Below are positions 30,227-40,661 of a stretch of 64,000 bases of DNA, one piece after another. The DNA comes from Deltaproteobacteria bacterium (lineage in GTDB: Bacteria > Myxococcota_A > Polyangia > Polyangiales > Houyiibacteriaceae). The position numbers and the translations under genes are program-made. The DNA lies in contig JAXMNT010000004.1 of assembly GCA_034670305.1 (NCBI GenBank), positions 1 through 64,000 of the forward strand, given 5' to 3'. Positions within the stretch are counted from its first letter, which is position 1; every line of letters starts with the position of its first letter. Below the pieces are notes generated by a model, which saw only the letters and a program-made list of their open reading frames with translations, was not told the DNA's origin and ran no database searches.

Positions 30227-31281
30227 GCGAAGAGTCGCCGGAGGCTCCGGCATCCGCGTCCTCAGACCCACCGACCCGGGCCCCGAAGCTCGGGCGGCAA
30301 CTCTTGCTGGCCACGCTCTTCGGTGTCTTCGTCGTCGCGGCGCTCTCGATCTACGGCGACGGACGCGCACTCCTCGACCACTTGCAGTCGTACGACTGGA
30401 TGTACTTCGTGTACGGACTCGCGCTCGCGACTGCGAACTACGCGGTCCGCTTCGTGCGGTGGCAGTACTACCTGCACCGGCTCGACATCCGCGGCGTCCC
30501 CACCCTCGAGAGCGCGCGCATCTTCACCGCCGGATTCGTGATGAGCGTGACCCCCGGCAAGGTTGGCGAAGTCTTCAAGAGCGTGTTGCTCCACGAGAGC
30601 CGCGGCATCTCGATCGCGCGGACGGCCCCGATCGTGGTCGCCGAACGACTCACCGATCTGCTGGCGCTCGTCTTCCTCGCCGCGATCGGAAGTCTGGTGC
30701 TCGCAGAAGGCGGCTGGGTTGCGCTCGGTGGCGGGCTGTTGGTGGGCGGGGTCTGGCTCGTCTGTGCGTGGAGACCCCTCGGCGAGTGGGCGCTGCGCAT
30801 TGCAGCCAAACTCCCCGCCATCGGTCGAATCGTGCCGAAGCTCCGGGAGGCCTACGACTCTCTTCGAGTGCTCGTCGCGCCCGCACCCTTCGCGATCGCG
30901 ACGGCCATGTCGGTCGTGTCCTGGTTTCTCGAGTGCATCTCGCTCTGGCTGATCGCGCAGGGGTTCGTCGAAGGCGGCAACGAGCTCGACTGGCTGGAAG
31001 CGACCTTCGCGTACTCGGTACCGACCATCGCCGGGGCGGTCGCGATGATGCCGGGCGGTCTCGGTGTCACCGAAGCGGGCATGACCGGAGTGCTCGAACG
31101 GTTGGCTGGCATGAGCCTGCCCGTGGCGACCGCGACAACGCTCTTGGTGCGCTTCGCGACCCTGTGGTGGGCGGTGCTGCTCGGGGTCTTTGCCTTGATT
31201 TGGCACCGCCGAGCGATGCGGGCGCGCGGCCCCGCCCCCACCGAGCACGCCCCCAAGGTGCCGCCCTCCCCGAACGCTTGA
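30223..31281 (+). CDS. Lysylphosphatidylglycerol synthase TM / UPF0104 flippase-like protein
   Basis: RFVRWQYYL, TPGKVGEVFKS, VAERLTD, PGGLGVTEA. Confidence 0.85.
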   Translation: MSEESPEAPASASSDPPTRAPKLGRQLLLATLFGVFVVAALSIYGDGRALLDHLQSYDWMYFVYGLALATANYAVRFVRWQYYLHRLDIRGVPTLESARIFTAGFVMSVTPGKVGEVFKSVLLHESRGISIARTAPIVVAERLTDLLALVFLAAIGSLVLAEGGWVALGGGLLVGGVWLVCAWRPLGEWALRIAAKLPAIGRIVPKLREAYDSLRVLVAPAPFAIATAMSVVSWFLECISLWLIAQGFVEGGNELDWLEATFAYSVPTIAGAVAMMPGGLGVTEAGMTGVLERLAGMSLPVATATTLLVRFATLWWAVLLGVFALIWHRRAMRARGPAPTEHAPKVPPSPNA

Positions 31282-31359
31282 ACGCACCGGCCCGCCTCGC
31301 TAGCCTACAGTCCGGGAAGGGGTTGGCCGATCGGCCGGTATTACCTTCTGAGCGACATC

Positions 31360-32349
31360 GTGCGAGAACCCAGAACAGCGGCAACCGAGAGTGCGCCACG
31401 CGATGTGGTCCGCACCATGATCCACAACCTGGCGATCCAGGATGTGGCGTGTCTCGTCTTCCACTCGTTCATGCTGGTTCGGGTCTGGGCAGCGCCCGAC
31501 TCCGCGGATGCAACGATGGCGCGGCGCTTCGCGCTCACCCTGCTCACGGTCACGATCAGCACGCTGCTGCTCTGTCGAGGCGAAGTGCTCGGCAAGAGCC
31601 GGCTGCGTTCGTACGTCTACCGGATCGGCCTCTTCGCGCCGACCGTGCTCAGCTACTTCGAGATGGCGTTCCTATTGCCCGCGCTCGAACCCGTGATGCT
31701 GGACGCCACGCTGCGCGGCATCGACGAGATGGTGCTCGGCACCACTCCGTCGATGTGGTTCAACCAGTTCAACACGCCCCCGGTCGTCGAGTGGTTCGCG
31801 TTCTTCTATTACAGCTACTTCTACCTGATGGCGGCGATGCTGATCCCCGCCCTCTTCTTCGACAAGGGCGCGCGCCTGCGCGAAGTCATGTACGGCGCGA
31901 TGACGGTCGCCACGCTCGGCCATGTCATCTACACATTCGTACCCGGGCTCGGGCCCGTGGCGTCGATGGAGTTTCCTGAGCCCATTCACGGCGGCTTCTT
32001 CTGGGAGCAGGTTCTCATCACGGTGGAAACCGCGGGTTCGAAGATGGACATCTTCCCATCGCTCCACACCGCCTACCCGATCTTCTACGCCCTCCACGCG
32101 TTCGGCTGGCGCAAGACCAAACCGTTCACCTGGGCGTGGCCCATCATCACCTTCTTCGCGATCAACATGATGATCGCCACGATGTTCCTGCGCTGGCACT
32201 GGGGCATCGACATCGTCGCGGGCCTCCTGCTCGCCGTCATCGCCCGCCTCGTCGCCCTGACCACCAGCCGCCTCGAACACGGTCGCGGTCGGAGCGACGA
32301 AGACGACCGCCAACCGGTCTGGGAACCGATCACGCCGCCCGTCGACTGA
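31360..32349 (+). CDS. PAP2-superfamily membrane protein (inositol phosphorylceramide synthase/AUR1-like)
   Basis: Y.SYFY, P..GP, DIFPSLH, TMFLRWHWGID. Confidence 0.8.
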   Translation: MREPRTAATESAPRDVVRTMIHNLAIQDVACLVFHSFMLVRVWAAPDSADATMARRFALTLLTVTISTLLLCRGEVLGKSRLRSYVYRIGLFAPTVLSYFEMAFLLPALEPVMLDATLRGIDEMVLGTTPSMWFNQFNTPPVVEWFAFFYYSYFYLMAAMLIPALFFDKGARLREVMYGAMTVATLGHVIYTFVPGLGPVASMEFPEPIHGGFFWEQVLITVETAGSKMDIFPSLHTAYPIFYALHAFGWRKTKPFTWAWPIITFFAINMMIATMFLRWHWGIDIVAGLLLAVIARLVALTTSRLEHGRGRSDEDDRQPVWEPITPPVD

Positions 32350-32421
32350 CTTCTCTCAGGGCGTCTGCATGTTCTCCAGCTGGCTCTGCGCGTGCAGCTG
32401 CCGAGGTCGAACAACGAGGCC

Positions 32422-33912
32422 CTATTCGGCGACCCAACCGAGGGCAACGCATTGGGCGAGCGCGCGGGGCACTCGGGCGCGCCAGGCGGCTTCGTTGTGG
32501 GGGGCGCCGGGCTCGTGCCAGTGCGAGAGATCGGTGCCGAACTCGTACCCGAGATCGGACAGCCGGTCGCGCAGTTGGTTGGTGACGCAGAAGTTGTCCG
32601 AGTCGTCGGAGTCCTCCTGCACGCCGTCCCCATCGCCGTCCGAACACGTTCCGTTGCCGCCGCTGTCCAGGTAGATCGAGACCGGCCCACGGCTCGTCCA
32701 GCGCCGCACGAGCGCCTGCGTGCCGTCGCCCGCGAAGGCGCCCCACCCGAGCGTCGACGACATCGCACCGACGCACCCGAGCGTGGGACGCGTCAGCGCA
32801 TGGTAGAGCGTGACCAATCCACCGAGGGACGAGCCCATCACCATCAGCGAGTCGCCGGTGGCCCGCACGGCGTAGCGGGTCCGGACGAAGGGCAGCGCCA
32901 CGTCTTCGAGGAGGTCGAGGTACGCGTCCGCGTCGCCGCCGATCGGTCCGCCGCCGATCGAATCGGGCACGTGGGTGTAGGTGTCGAAGCGGTCCGGCGC
33001 GTTGTCGATCGCGACCGCCAGAACATCCGCGAGTTCACCCGTGAGCGCGTCTTCGACCGCCCATCCACCGAAGATGGCGTCGGGCCCGAACACGTTCTGA
33101 CCGTCGTGCAGCAGCAGCGTCCGAGCCACGCCGCCGGCAAAGTCCGCGGGTACGCGGACCCGCATGGTGCGGGGATCCACGCCTGCCGCGCTCAGGTTCG
33201 GGAACCGCTCAAAGTACGAACGGCCGGTGGGCGGTCGGATGTACCCGTGCTCCCCGAACTCGTCGTAGTCGTACGCGGTCGACTCCGGCGGCGCGCGAAA
33301 GACGTCGCCCGTGGTCGCGTGCCACTTGTACTTCGCGCCGGTGGCTTCGACGTCCGTCAGCGTCCAGAGGACGAGGTAGTGCACGCCGGTCGCCAGCGTC
33401 TCGGCCGGGTTGTCTCCCGGCGTGAAGGCGTTCGGATCCGCGACGAGACTCACCGAGCCGGACGCAGCGTCCCAGCGGGTGAGAAAGAGGAACCGGTCGC
33501 CATCCCGCAAGGGCCACCCTTCGGCCCACGCAACGTCTTGCAGAATGGCGTCGGCGGCTTCGCTGGTGAGGTCGCCGCTTCGCAACATCGCGAGCAACGA
33601 GTCGAGCCGGCTCGCCACGGCCGCATCCGTGCCCGTGTCCACGCCCGGCGCGTCCATGCCCGGCGCGTCCACGCCCGGCGCGTCCATGCCCGGCGCGTCC
33701 ATGCCCGGCGCGTCCACGCCCGGCGCGTCCATGCCTGGCGCGTCCACGCCCGGCGCGTCCATGCCCGGCGCGTCCACGCCCGGCGCGTCCATGCCTGGCG
33801 CGTCTACGCCGGTGCGGGCATCCACGCGACCCGCGTCCACGCCACCCATGTCGTCGTCGCCACAGCCAACCGCCGCGCACAACATCAAGAGCATCAGACA
33901 GCGTCGGATCAT
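32422..33912 (-). CDS. Alpha/beta-hydrolase (putative esterase) lipoprotein
   Basis: Lipobox AVGC, HDGQNVF, GSSLGG, IYLDSG, HNEAAW..R. Confidence 0.85.
   Translation of the reverse strand: MIRRCLMLLMLCAAVGCGDDDMGGVDAGRVDARTGVDAPGMDAPGVDAPGMDAPGVDAPGMDAPGVDAPGMDAPGMDAPGVDAPGMDAPGVDTGTDAAVASRLDSLLAMLRSGDLTSEAADAILQDVAWAEGWPLRDGDRFLFLTRWDAASGSVSLVADPNAFTPGDNPAETLATGVHYLVLWTLTDVEATGAKYKWHATTGDVFRAPPESTAYDYDEFGEHGYIRPPTGRSYFERFPNLSAAGVDPRTMRVRVPADFAGGVARTLLLHDGQNVFGPDAIFGGWAVEDALTGELADVLAVAIDNAPDRFDTYTHVPDSIGGGPIGGDADAYLDLLEDVALPFVRTRYAVRATGDSLMVMGSSLGGLVTLYHALTRPTLGCVGAMSSTLGWGAFAGDGTQALVRRWTSRGPVSIYLDSGGNGTCSDGDGDGVQEDSDDSDNFCVTNQLRDRLSDLGYEFGTDLSHWHEPGAPHNEAAWRARVPRALAQCVALGWVAE
33637..33810 (-). 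repeat. 15-bp intragenic repeat encoding (V/M)DAPG x11
   Basis: GTCCA(C/T)GCC(C/T)GGCGC units. Confidence 0.9.
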
Positions 33913-33933
33913 GGGTTCACCTGGGTGGAGGGT

Positions 33934-34755
33934 TCACGGGTTCACCCGTGGGTTCGGCGGATCGTACGTCGGCAGGGCCGCCGGCATCGGTGTATCCAGC
34001 GCATCCGAGGGCCGCAAGCCGGCCAGATCCCCGACCACCCAGCCGTCTTCGTCCGTGAACACCGCTTCTCTGCCGTACACCGTGTACACGCGGACGGTCT
34101 GACCCAGTGTTTCGTCGTAGCGGTCGGGCTGCCGCACGAGCGCGACCTCTTCGACCGCCTCGAGCAACTCGCGGAAGTCGAGCACCGGCCCCCGGACGAC
34201 GTCCCCGACTTCCATCTCCCCTTGGGCCTGGATCCACGCGGACACCAACCCGCGCCCGGGCCCGAGCACCGCGATCGGCGCCTCGGCGCGAAAGAACCGA
34301 TGTTGCCGGACCCCCTCGTGATCGACCATCGTCAGCGTCACCGGGTCGTTGCGAAGTTCATAGAGCCGGGTGTCGGGCCGACCGTCGGGCGGCACACCTG
34401 GGATGGTCATGCGCTTCCATGCGCGAAGCGGCCGCCACTCGGCGTCGAACACGACTTCGACGTCGGAGGTCTGACGGATCCATTCTTGGTGCACGGTCGC
34501 CACGTAGACGCAGTCCCGCCGCTCGATCCGGTAGTGCTCCACCACCGTCCGATCGCCCGCTGTCGTCGGACCCGGCCGAAGTACCCGATCGACGAGCACC
34601 TCCCCCGACTCGGGGATCTCACGCCCGTCGCAGGTCGGATACGGATGCACGTCGACGGCGTCGATGGGCGCCCGCTTGAGGCACCCCTCGCACCCCGCGA
34701 GGCATCCGGTGATCAGCAGAACGAAGAGGAGGATCGAATGCGACGGAGCCGCCAT
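33934..34755 (-). CDS. Hypothetical lipoprotein at the end of the oxidase operon
   Basis: GGAGG RBS, signal peptide with LAGC lipobox. Confidence 0.7.
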   Translation of the reverse strand: MAAPSHSILLFVLLITGCLAGCEGCLKRAPIDAVDVHPYPTCDGREIPESGEVLVDRVLRPGPTTAGDRTVVEHYRIERRDCVYVATVHQEWIRQTSDVEVVFDAEWRPLRAWKRMTIPGVPPDGRPDTRLYELRNDPVTLTMVDHEGVRQHRFFRAEAPIAVLGPGRGLVSAWIQAQGEMEVGDVVRGPVLDFRELLEAVEEVALVRQPDRYDETLGQTVRVYTVYGREAVFTDEDGWVVGDLAGLRPSDALDTPMPAALPTYDPPNPRVNP

Positions 34756-34771
34756 CGAGGTCCTCCGCACG

Positions 34772-35428
34772 CTACTCGTGGTCGCCCTCGGGCGCGTCGC
34801 CATCGTCGTGGTCGTCGCCATCTTCGTGCGCTTCGTGTTCGTCGCCATCCACGTGACCCTCGTGGTCTTCGTGTTCGTCGCCGTCCACATGACCCTCGTG
34901 GTCTTCGTGTTCGTCGCCGTCCGCGTGACCCTCGTGCGCGTCGCCTTCGTCGGCTTCGTGATCGTCGCCGTGAGCGTCCGTTGGCAACGCCGAGAACTCG
35001 CCGTCTTCCATGAGGAGAATGCTGGTCCCGCGCGCGCGCTCCCCAGTCATCGGATCGACGCGGCGACCGGTGATCGAGCCCTGTCGGCCGCGGTGGGCGA
35101 TGTCGTTCAGGGTGTATCCAAGGAAGATGGTCATGAACACGAACGAGCCGAGGAAGATCAGGATGTTGAACTTCTTCTCGTACTTGAGGTGCATGAACCA
35201 AGCCATGACCAGGCTCGACTTAACCGCGGCGATCGCGACGGCGACGAAGAGGTTCCACTCTCCGAGTCGGACCCGATACGCCGCAACGGTCAAACCCGTC
35301 AGCAGGATCAGGATCCCGAGAATGCCGGCGTAGACCTTGGTCGGCGTGATGTGCGCGTGAACGAGGTAACCCTCGCCGTGCTCGCCGTGTTCGCCATGGG
35401 CGTCTGCGTGTGCGTCTGCGTGTGCCAT
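34772..35428 (-). CDS. Cytochrome c oxidase subunit IV family protein with His/acidic tail
   Basis: LLILTGLTV-type helix, AIAAVKSSLV..WFMHLKYE. Confidence 0.88.
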   Translation of the reverse strand: MAHADAHADAHGEHGEHGEGYLVHAHITPTKVYAGILGILILLTGLTVAAYRVRLGEWNLFVAVAIAAVKSSLVMAWFMHLKYEKKFNILIFLGSFVFMTIFLGYTLNDIAHRGRQGSITGRRVDPMTGERARGTSILLMEDGEFSALPTDAHGDDHEADEGDAHEGHADGDEHEDHEGHVDGDEHEDHEGHVDGDEHEAHEDGDDHDDGDAPEGDHE

Positions 35429-35429
35429 G

Positions 35430-36167
35430 TCAGTCGATCAGGTAGAGGAGCGGGAAGAGGAAGATCCAGATGAGGTCGACCAAGTGCCAGTACAGCGCGA
35501 AGATGTCGACGGGCGTGTTGTACTCCGGGCTGAAGTCGCCCCGGTTGTTCTTGCGCCAGATCCAGATGATGAGACCCATGCCGATGAGCACGTGCAAGCC
35601 GTGCAGACCGGTCATGATGAAGTAGATGCCGAAGAAAGAACGCAGGTGGTACGGGACCATGCCCGCGCCCGCGTTGTGGTGGGCCGCATCGATCGCGGCC
35701 CCGACCTCTTCCACGAAGTGGTGGCCGGGCGGAACCGAGCAGTCGAAGCCCGGACACCCGAAGTACTGACCCGGCAGGATGCCGACGTGGATCTTGTGGG
35801 TGTACTCGAAGTACTTCACCACCATGAATCCACCGGCGCACAAGAACGTGATGATGAGCAGATGGCCCGTCCACTTCTTGTCGCCGAGCTGGGCTCGCTG
35901 CACCGCCATCGCGGCCGTGAAGCTCGAGACCAGGAGCACGACGGTGTTGATGCCGCCCATGCGCCAGTCGAGCAGATGGGAGCCCACCGAGAACGCTTCC
36001 GGGTACCAGGTTCGGTAGATGCCGTAGGCGACGAAGAGCCCGCTGAAGAACAGAATCTCCTGCGCGAGGAACGCCCACATGCCGAGCTTGGCCGTGTCGA
36101 ACTGCTGCTGCGGCGTCTCGAAGTGGTGGGCCAGGTACGCCGGCCCATGGTGTTCATGTACGGACAC
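35430..36167 (-). CDS. ctaE: Cytochrome c oxidase subunit III
   Basis: KLGMWAFLAQEILFFSGLF, NTVVLLVSS, TGLHGLHV, YWHLVDLIWIFLFPLLY. Confidence 0.95.
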   Translation of the reverse strand: MSVHEHHGPAYLAHHFETPQQQFDTAKLGMWAFLAQEILFFSGLFVAYGIYRTWYPEAFSVGSHLLDWRMGGINTVVLLVSSFTAAMAVQRAQLGDKKWTGHLLIITFLCAGGFMVVKYFEYTHKIHVGILPGQYFGCPGFDCSVPPGHHFVEEVGAAIDAAHHNAGAGMVPYHLRSFFGIYFIMTGLHGLHVLIGMGLIIWIWRKNNRGDFSPEYNTPVDIFALYWHLVDLIWIFLFPLLYLID

Positions 36168-36170
36168 GAT

Positions 36171-37898
36171 TCAGGCCTTCTTCTTCTTCTTCTTCGTGGA
36201 CGTCTTGGACGCTTCGAAGTCCTCGTGGAAGCCCTCGAAGAGTTCGAGCTCGGTGCAGAGGTCGTAGTCGTACGGCCCCCGGATCATCACCGGCGTCTCG
36301 GCAAAGTTGTGCGGATGCGGCGGCGTGGTGGTCATCCACTCGTAGCCGGCGGAACCCCACGGGTTGGGCGGCGCCTTCTCTCCGCTCTTCCAGGAGCGCA
36401 AGAAGTTGATGCCCATGATGATGAACCCGACGCCGAGGATGTAGGCGCCGCCGGAGCTCGCCATGTGCATCGGCTGGAACTGGTCCAAGTAGTCGTAGTA
36501 GCGGCGGGGCATGCCCTGGCTGCCCATGATGAACTGGCTCATGAACGTGACGTTGAAGCCGACGAAGACGAACCAGAAGGCCACGTTGGCCCAGCGCTCG
36601 TTGTACATCTTGCCGAGCATCTTCGGCCACCAGTAGTGGATGCCGCCGAGGAAGCCGAACACCGTGCCGCCGACCATCACGTAGTGGAAGTGGGCGACGA
36701 CGAAGTAGGTGTCGTGCAGGTGGATGTCGACCGAGAGGATGCCGAGGAAGAGCCCGGTCAATCCGCCGATGGTGAAGAGCGCGATGAACGCGAGCGCGTA
36801 CTTCATCGGTGACGCGAAGGAGATGCTGCCTTCGTAAAGGGTCGCGACCCAGTTGAAGATCTTCACGCCCGAGGGAATCGCGACCAGGAAGGTCAGCGCG
36901 CTGAAGACCATCGTCGAGTACTCGCTCATGCCCGAGGTGAACATGTGGTGGCCCCAGACGAGGAACCCGAGCAACGCCAGCGAGACCGAGCTCATGGCGA
37001 CGAACATGTAGCCGAAAATCTTTCGGTGGCTGAACGTGGCGATGAGTTCGTTCACGACCGCCATGCCCGGCAGAATCATGATGTAGACGGCGGGGTGGCT
37101 GTAGAACCAGAAGAAGTGCTGGAAGAGCACCGGGTCGCCGCCGAGCTGCGGGTCGAAGATGCCGATCGACAGCGTCTTCTCCATCATCAGGAGGAAGAGC
37201 GTGATGGCGAGCACCGGCGTCGCGAGCACCTGGATGACGCTGGTCGCGTAGATGCCCCAGATGAAGAGCGACAGGCGCTTCCAGTGCAGGCCGGGGGCGC
37301 GCATCTTGTGGACCGTCGCGATGAAGTTCACGCCGGTGAGGATCGAGCTGAACCCGAGGACGAAGACGCCGAGCGTCATCCAGACGACCGACACATCCGC
37401 GCCGGTGACGTTCCGTCCGACGCTGTACGGGGTGTAGAACGTCCAGCCGGTGTCGATGTTGCCGACGATGATGGCGATGAGCGTGAAGATGGTGCCGAGC
37501 ACGTAGATGTAGAACGACCCGAGGTTGAGCTTCGGGAACGCCACGTCTTTCGTGCCGAGCATGATCGGCAAGAAGAAGTTGCCGAGCGCCGCGGGAATCG
37601 ACGGGATGATGAAGAGGAACACCATGATGGCGCCGTGGAGCGTGAACACCTGGTTGTAGGTGTCGGCCTCCATCAGCGTCTCGCCCGGGAACATGAGCTC
37701 CGTACGGACGAGCAGCGCCATCACGCCGCCCAAGATGAACGCGGTGATGACGGACCACAGGTACATCAGACCGATGCGCTTGTGGTCGATGGTGAAGGCC
37801 CAGGACTTCCAGCCCGTCTCGTGGGTCAGGTAGTTGGGAACGCCGTCGTGGGCGTCGTGGTGGCCCCCCGAAGGGGCAGCGGCTGCGTCTACGGTCAT
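36171..37898 (-). CDS. ctaD: Cytochrome c oxidase subunit I, A2 type
   Basis: [20 protein letters not shown] (YS motif marks A2), [25 protein letters not shown]. Confidence 0.97.
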   Translation of the reverse strand: MTVDAAAAPSGGHHDAHDGVPNYLTHETGWKSWAFTIDHKRIGLMYLWSVITAFILGGVMALLVRTELMFPGETLMEADTYNQVFTLHGAIMVFLFIIPSIPAALGNFFLPIMLGTKDVAFPKLNLGSFYIYVLGTIFTLIAIIVGNIDTGWTFYTPYSVGRNVTGADVSVVWMTLGVFVLGFSSILTGVNFIATVHKMRAPGLHWKRLSLFIWGIYATSVIQVLATPVLAITLFLLMMEKTLSIGIFDPQLGGDPVLFQHFFWFYSHPAVYIMILPGMAVVNELIATFSHRKIFGYMFVAMSSVSLALLGFLVWGHHMFTSGMSEYSTMVFSALTFLVAIPSGVKIFNWVATLYEGSISFASPMKYALAFIALFTIGGLTGLFLGILSVDIHLHDTYFVVAHFHYVMVGGTVFGFLGGIHYWWPKMLGKMYNERWANVAFWFVFVGFNVTFMSQFIMGSQGMPRRYYDYLDQFQPMHMASSGGAYILGVGFIIMGINFLRSWKSGEKAPPNPWGSAGYEWMTTTPPHPHNFAETPVMIRGPYDYDLCTELELFEGFHEDFEASKTSTKKKKKKA

Positions 37899-37909
37899 GG
37901 TCTTGTCGC

Positions 37910-39118
37910 TCAGTTCAACGAACGGATGTAAGCGGTGATGGCTGCGATTTGCTTGTCCGAAAGGCGGAACGGCTGCATCGCGGCCTGGGTGTACCCCTGA
38001 ACGATCCGTGCCTGCGGCTCGCGGATGGATTCGGTGATGTAGGCCGCGTCGGCGGTGACGCCTGCGACGCCGGCCTCGAACGTCCGGTCGCGACCCCACA
38101 GCCCCTTCCAGGTCGGCGCCGTTCCGTCGGCACCGTCGGTGGAGTGGCAGGAAGGACAGCCCTGCTGGGTGGCGAGCACCTGGCCCCAACAGGTCAGGCA
38201 CTCCTCGCTGTCACACGAGGGGTCGTCGGCAGGAATGCACGACGCGGGCGGCGGGGGCCCGAGCGCCAGGAAGCTGTCGTAGCCCTCCTGCGTGATGACG
38301 CGCAGGTCCGCGAGCATCGTCGAGTGGTTCGAGTTGCGGCCGAGACCGCGCGGGTCGTTGAACGCGCCGCTCGTGTTCGGGTTGTCGTGCATCGCGCCGC
38401 AGTACTCGGCACAGAACACCGGGTACGCGCAGATGCGCTCGTCGTCGTTGATCCGGCCGCCGCAGAAGCTGGCGTTGCCGAGGGCAGGCACGCAGTCCGC
38501 GTCGCTCTCACAGGTCGGGATGCACGAGCCCCAATAACAAGTCTCGCCGTCGTCGCAGGGGGTGCTGTCGTCGCACGTCTGAGGACCCGTCAGGTGCGTC
38601 GCCTCGAACCAGAGCGAGGTGTACATGCCGGGCACGATGTCGCGCTTGACCCGGAAGACCGGGACGAAGAACGCATGGAGGACATCGGCGCTCGACATGA
38701 TGAGTTCGACCGGCTGGTTCACCGGCACCTTGAGTTCGTTCGGCACGTCGATGACGCCGCCAGGATGTTCGAACTCCCAGAGCCACTGCTGGGCCTTCAC
38801 GCGGATCTCGATCGAGTCCTCCGGCGCGTAGACGCCCGCGATGTATCCCTGGAAGCCAGCGTGGAAGAGCCAGCCGAGCAGGATCAGCGGGGTGAACGTC
38901 CAGAAGATCTCGAGCGCATCGCTGTGCCCAGTGGGCTTGGCTTTGCGACCGGGACGCCGGCGGTACTTGTACATGAACCACAACATCGCCGCGTAGATCG
39001 CGACGGTGAACGCCACACTGATCCAGTAGATGTCGTAGTACATGGCGTCCACCTCGGGGGCGATGGTGGACATTTGGGGAGGGAGCTGGAGCGTCCCCTC
39101 GGGCGGCTGATACGTCAT
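37910..39118 (-). CDS. ctaC: Cytochrome c oxidase subunit II with C-terminal cytochrome c and Cys-rich inserts
   Basis: LEIFWT, QWLWEF, DVLHAF, CAEYCG...HSTM, CPSCH, AMQPF. Confidence 0.93.
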   Translation of the reverse strand: MTYQPPEGTLQLPPQMSTIAPEVDAMYYDIYWISVAFTVAIYAAMLWFMYKYRRRPGRKAKPTGHSDALEIFWTFTPLILLGWLFHAGFQGYIAGVYAPEDSIEIRVKAQQWLWEFEHPGGVIDVPNELKVPVNQPVELIMSSADVLHAFFVPVFRVKRDIVPGMYTSLWFEATHLTGPQTCDDSTPCDDGETCYWGSCIPTCESDADCVPALGNASFCGGRINDDERICAYPVFCAEYCGAMHDNPNTSGAFNDPRGLGRNSNHSTMLADLRVITQEGYDSFLALGPPPPASCIPADDPSCDSEECLTCWGQVLATQQGCPSCHSTDGADGTAPTWKGLWGRDRTFEAGVAGVTADAAYITESIREPQARIVQGYTQAAMQPFRLSDKQIAAITAYIRSLN

Positions 39119-40050
39119 GATGATTGGACCTGTGGTGCACGTCCCGCCAGAGGCTCGGGACGGTCGGAGGTTCGGTCAGAGTCCCCGGTGGGCGGGATGG
39201 CGCGGATGCCCCCGCGACGGCGTTCGCGCCGCCACAACGTGAAGAGGAAAGCGAAGAGCAAGAGTGCGGTCAGACCGCCCCCAATTTTCATGACGTTCCA
39301 CGCAACCAGCACGTACTCGCTCTGGTTGGGGTCGTACACGTAGCAGAACAAGAGCAGCCGGTTGACCGTGCCGATCGAGCGACCTTCCATCGCCTCGAGA
39401 AGCGCGAAACGGGCGTCGTTGGGAGGGAACCGGAGGCCGTAGAGGTAGCGCGCGAACTTGCCGTTCGGCGTGAGGAACATCGAAGCCGCGGCATGCGCGT
39501 ACTGCTCCTGGCGCGGGTTGTAGAAGAACCCGAACCCCGCCGCATCGGTGGCTGCTTCGATCGCTTCTTCGGTGCCGACCAGGAAGTCCCAGTCGCCATC
39601 GGCGTGACCGTACTTGCCGAGCATCTCGGTGCGCTTGGCGCTGGCGCTCGCCGGCGTGTCGCGGGGGTCGATGCTGATGGTCAACATCTGGTAGTCGACG
39701 CCCATGCGGAGGTTCATCTCGTCCGCGAGCTGCTTGGCGGTCTGGCTGGCAGCATCGAGCACCAGGCTGCACATCGACGGACACGAGTGGTAGGCGAAGG
39801 TGAGCATCACCGGACGCACACCATCGAAGTAGTCGCGCAGGTGGACCTGCTTGCCCTCGTGGTCCGTGAACTCGAGGTCGAGCGGGAGTGGTTCGTCGAG
39901 GTGCTCCTCGACGTCGAGCGCTGCGAGCCCGGGAACCTCAGAAGCCGGTTGTCCCGTCGCGCCCAGAATGCGGTGCTGTGCGAACGCCTCGGTTCCGAAC
40001 GGAACGAGGATCGCGCAGACCAGCAATCGGGTGGCGAGGGAACGGTTCAC
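39115..40050 (-). CDS. SCO1/SenC family protein
   Basis: YHSCPSMC, ISIDP, QYAH, ARYLYG, C-terminal TM. Confidence 0.9.
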   Translation of the reverse strand: MNRSLATRLLVCAILVPFGTEAFAQHRILGATGQPASEVPGLAALDVEEHLDEPLPLDLEFTDHEGKQVHLRDYFDGVRPVMLTFAYHSCPSMCSLVLDAASQTAKQLADEMNLRMGVDYQMLTISIDPRDTPASASAKRTEMLGKYGHADGDWDFLVGTEEAIEAATDAAGFGFFYNPRQEQYAHAAASMFLTPNGKFARYLYGLRFPPNDARFALLEAMEGRSIGTVNRLLLFCYVYDPNQSEYVLVAWNVMKIGGGLTALLLFAFLFTLWRRERRRGGIRAIPPTGDSDRTSDRPEPLAGRAPQVQSS

Positions 40051-40661
40051 TGGGGCGGCAGTCCTGGGCGACGGGGCCGGAAAGGAAGCGGTCGGCGCAC
40101 GGCCGGCACGGCGGTGGCTTCGCTGGCTTCGAGCACCCGGGCAGCAGCGGCTTCACGGGCAGCGGCCGCGGCAGCTTCTTCCGCTGCACGGCGTGCGCGC
40201 AGCGCGTCCTCGGCGTGCTGGCGCCGGTCTTCGTCCTCCATCTGGGCCCAGCCTTGCACTGCGCCCAGCCCGTTGACCGCATCTTCGACGCTGGTCTCGA
40301 GGCCATCGTTGCGCTGCGGGCGCACCGCGGGATGGTTGCGACCGCGCGTGGCGAGCTGCTCCATGGCGGCGGTGATGGAGATGGGGTTGTCGGCGAGCGC
40401 TTGGCGTTTGCTGGCGAACTCGATGTTGCGGGCTTCCAGGTAGTCCGGGGTGCCGTCGCCGTCTTCGTCGCGCAGCTGAACCTTCTCGTCGATCTCACCG
40501 TCCGTCATCGAGTTGAAGTACGAGTGGAAGAACGGGATGAAGAAGATCAGCAGACCGATGCTGCCGATCGCCGACACCAAGATGATCTTGTTGGCGGGCT
40601 CGGTGTCCTCGAACCCATGCGGGCTCTTGGTGGGGTCGTGTCCTGCGTCGGAGTGGGCCAT
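40047..40661 (-). CDS. Hypothetical single-TM protein between actF and SCO (ActG position)
   Basis: One TM near the N-terminus; overlaps both neighbours. Confidence 0.65.
   Translation of the reverse strand: MAHSDAGHDPTKSPHGFEDTEPANKIILVSAIGSIGLLIFFIPFFHSYFNSMTDGEIDEKVQLRDEDGDGTPDYLEARNIEFASKRQALADNPISITAAMEQLATRGRNHPAVRPQRNDGLETSVEDAVNGLGAVQGWAQMEDEDRRQHAEDALRARRAAEEAAAAAAREAAAARVLEASEATAVPAVRRPLPFRPRRPGLPPQ

Noticed and set aside
32392-35013. 873-aa plus-strand ORF and similar long antisense or alternate-frame ORFs (e.g. 43321..45561, 15975..18149, 53222..55360)
   Set aside because: Shadow ORFs of real genes in high-GC DNA; biased composition and no recognisable motifs
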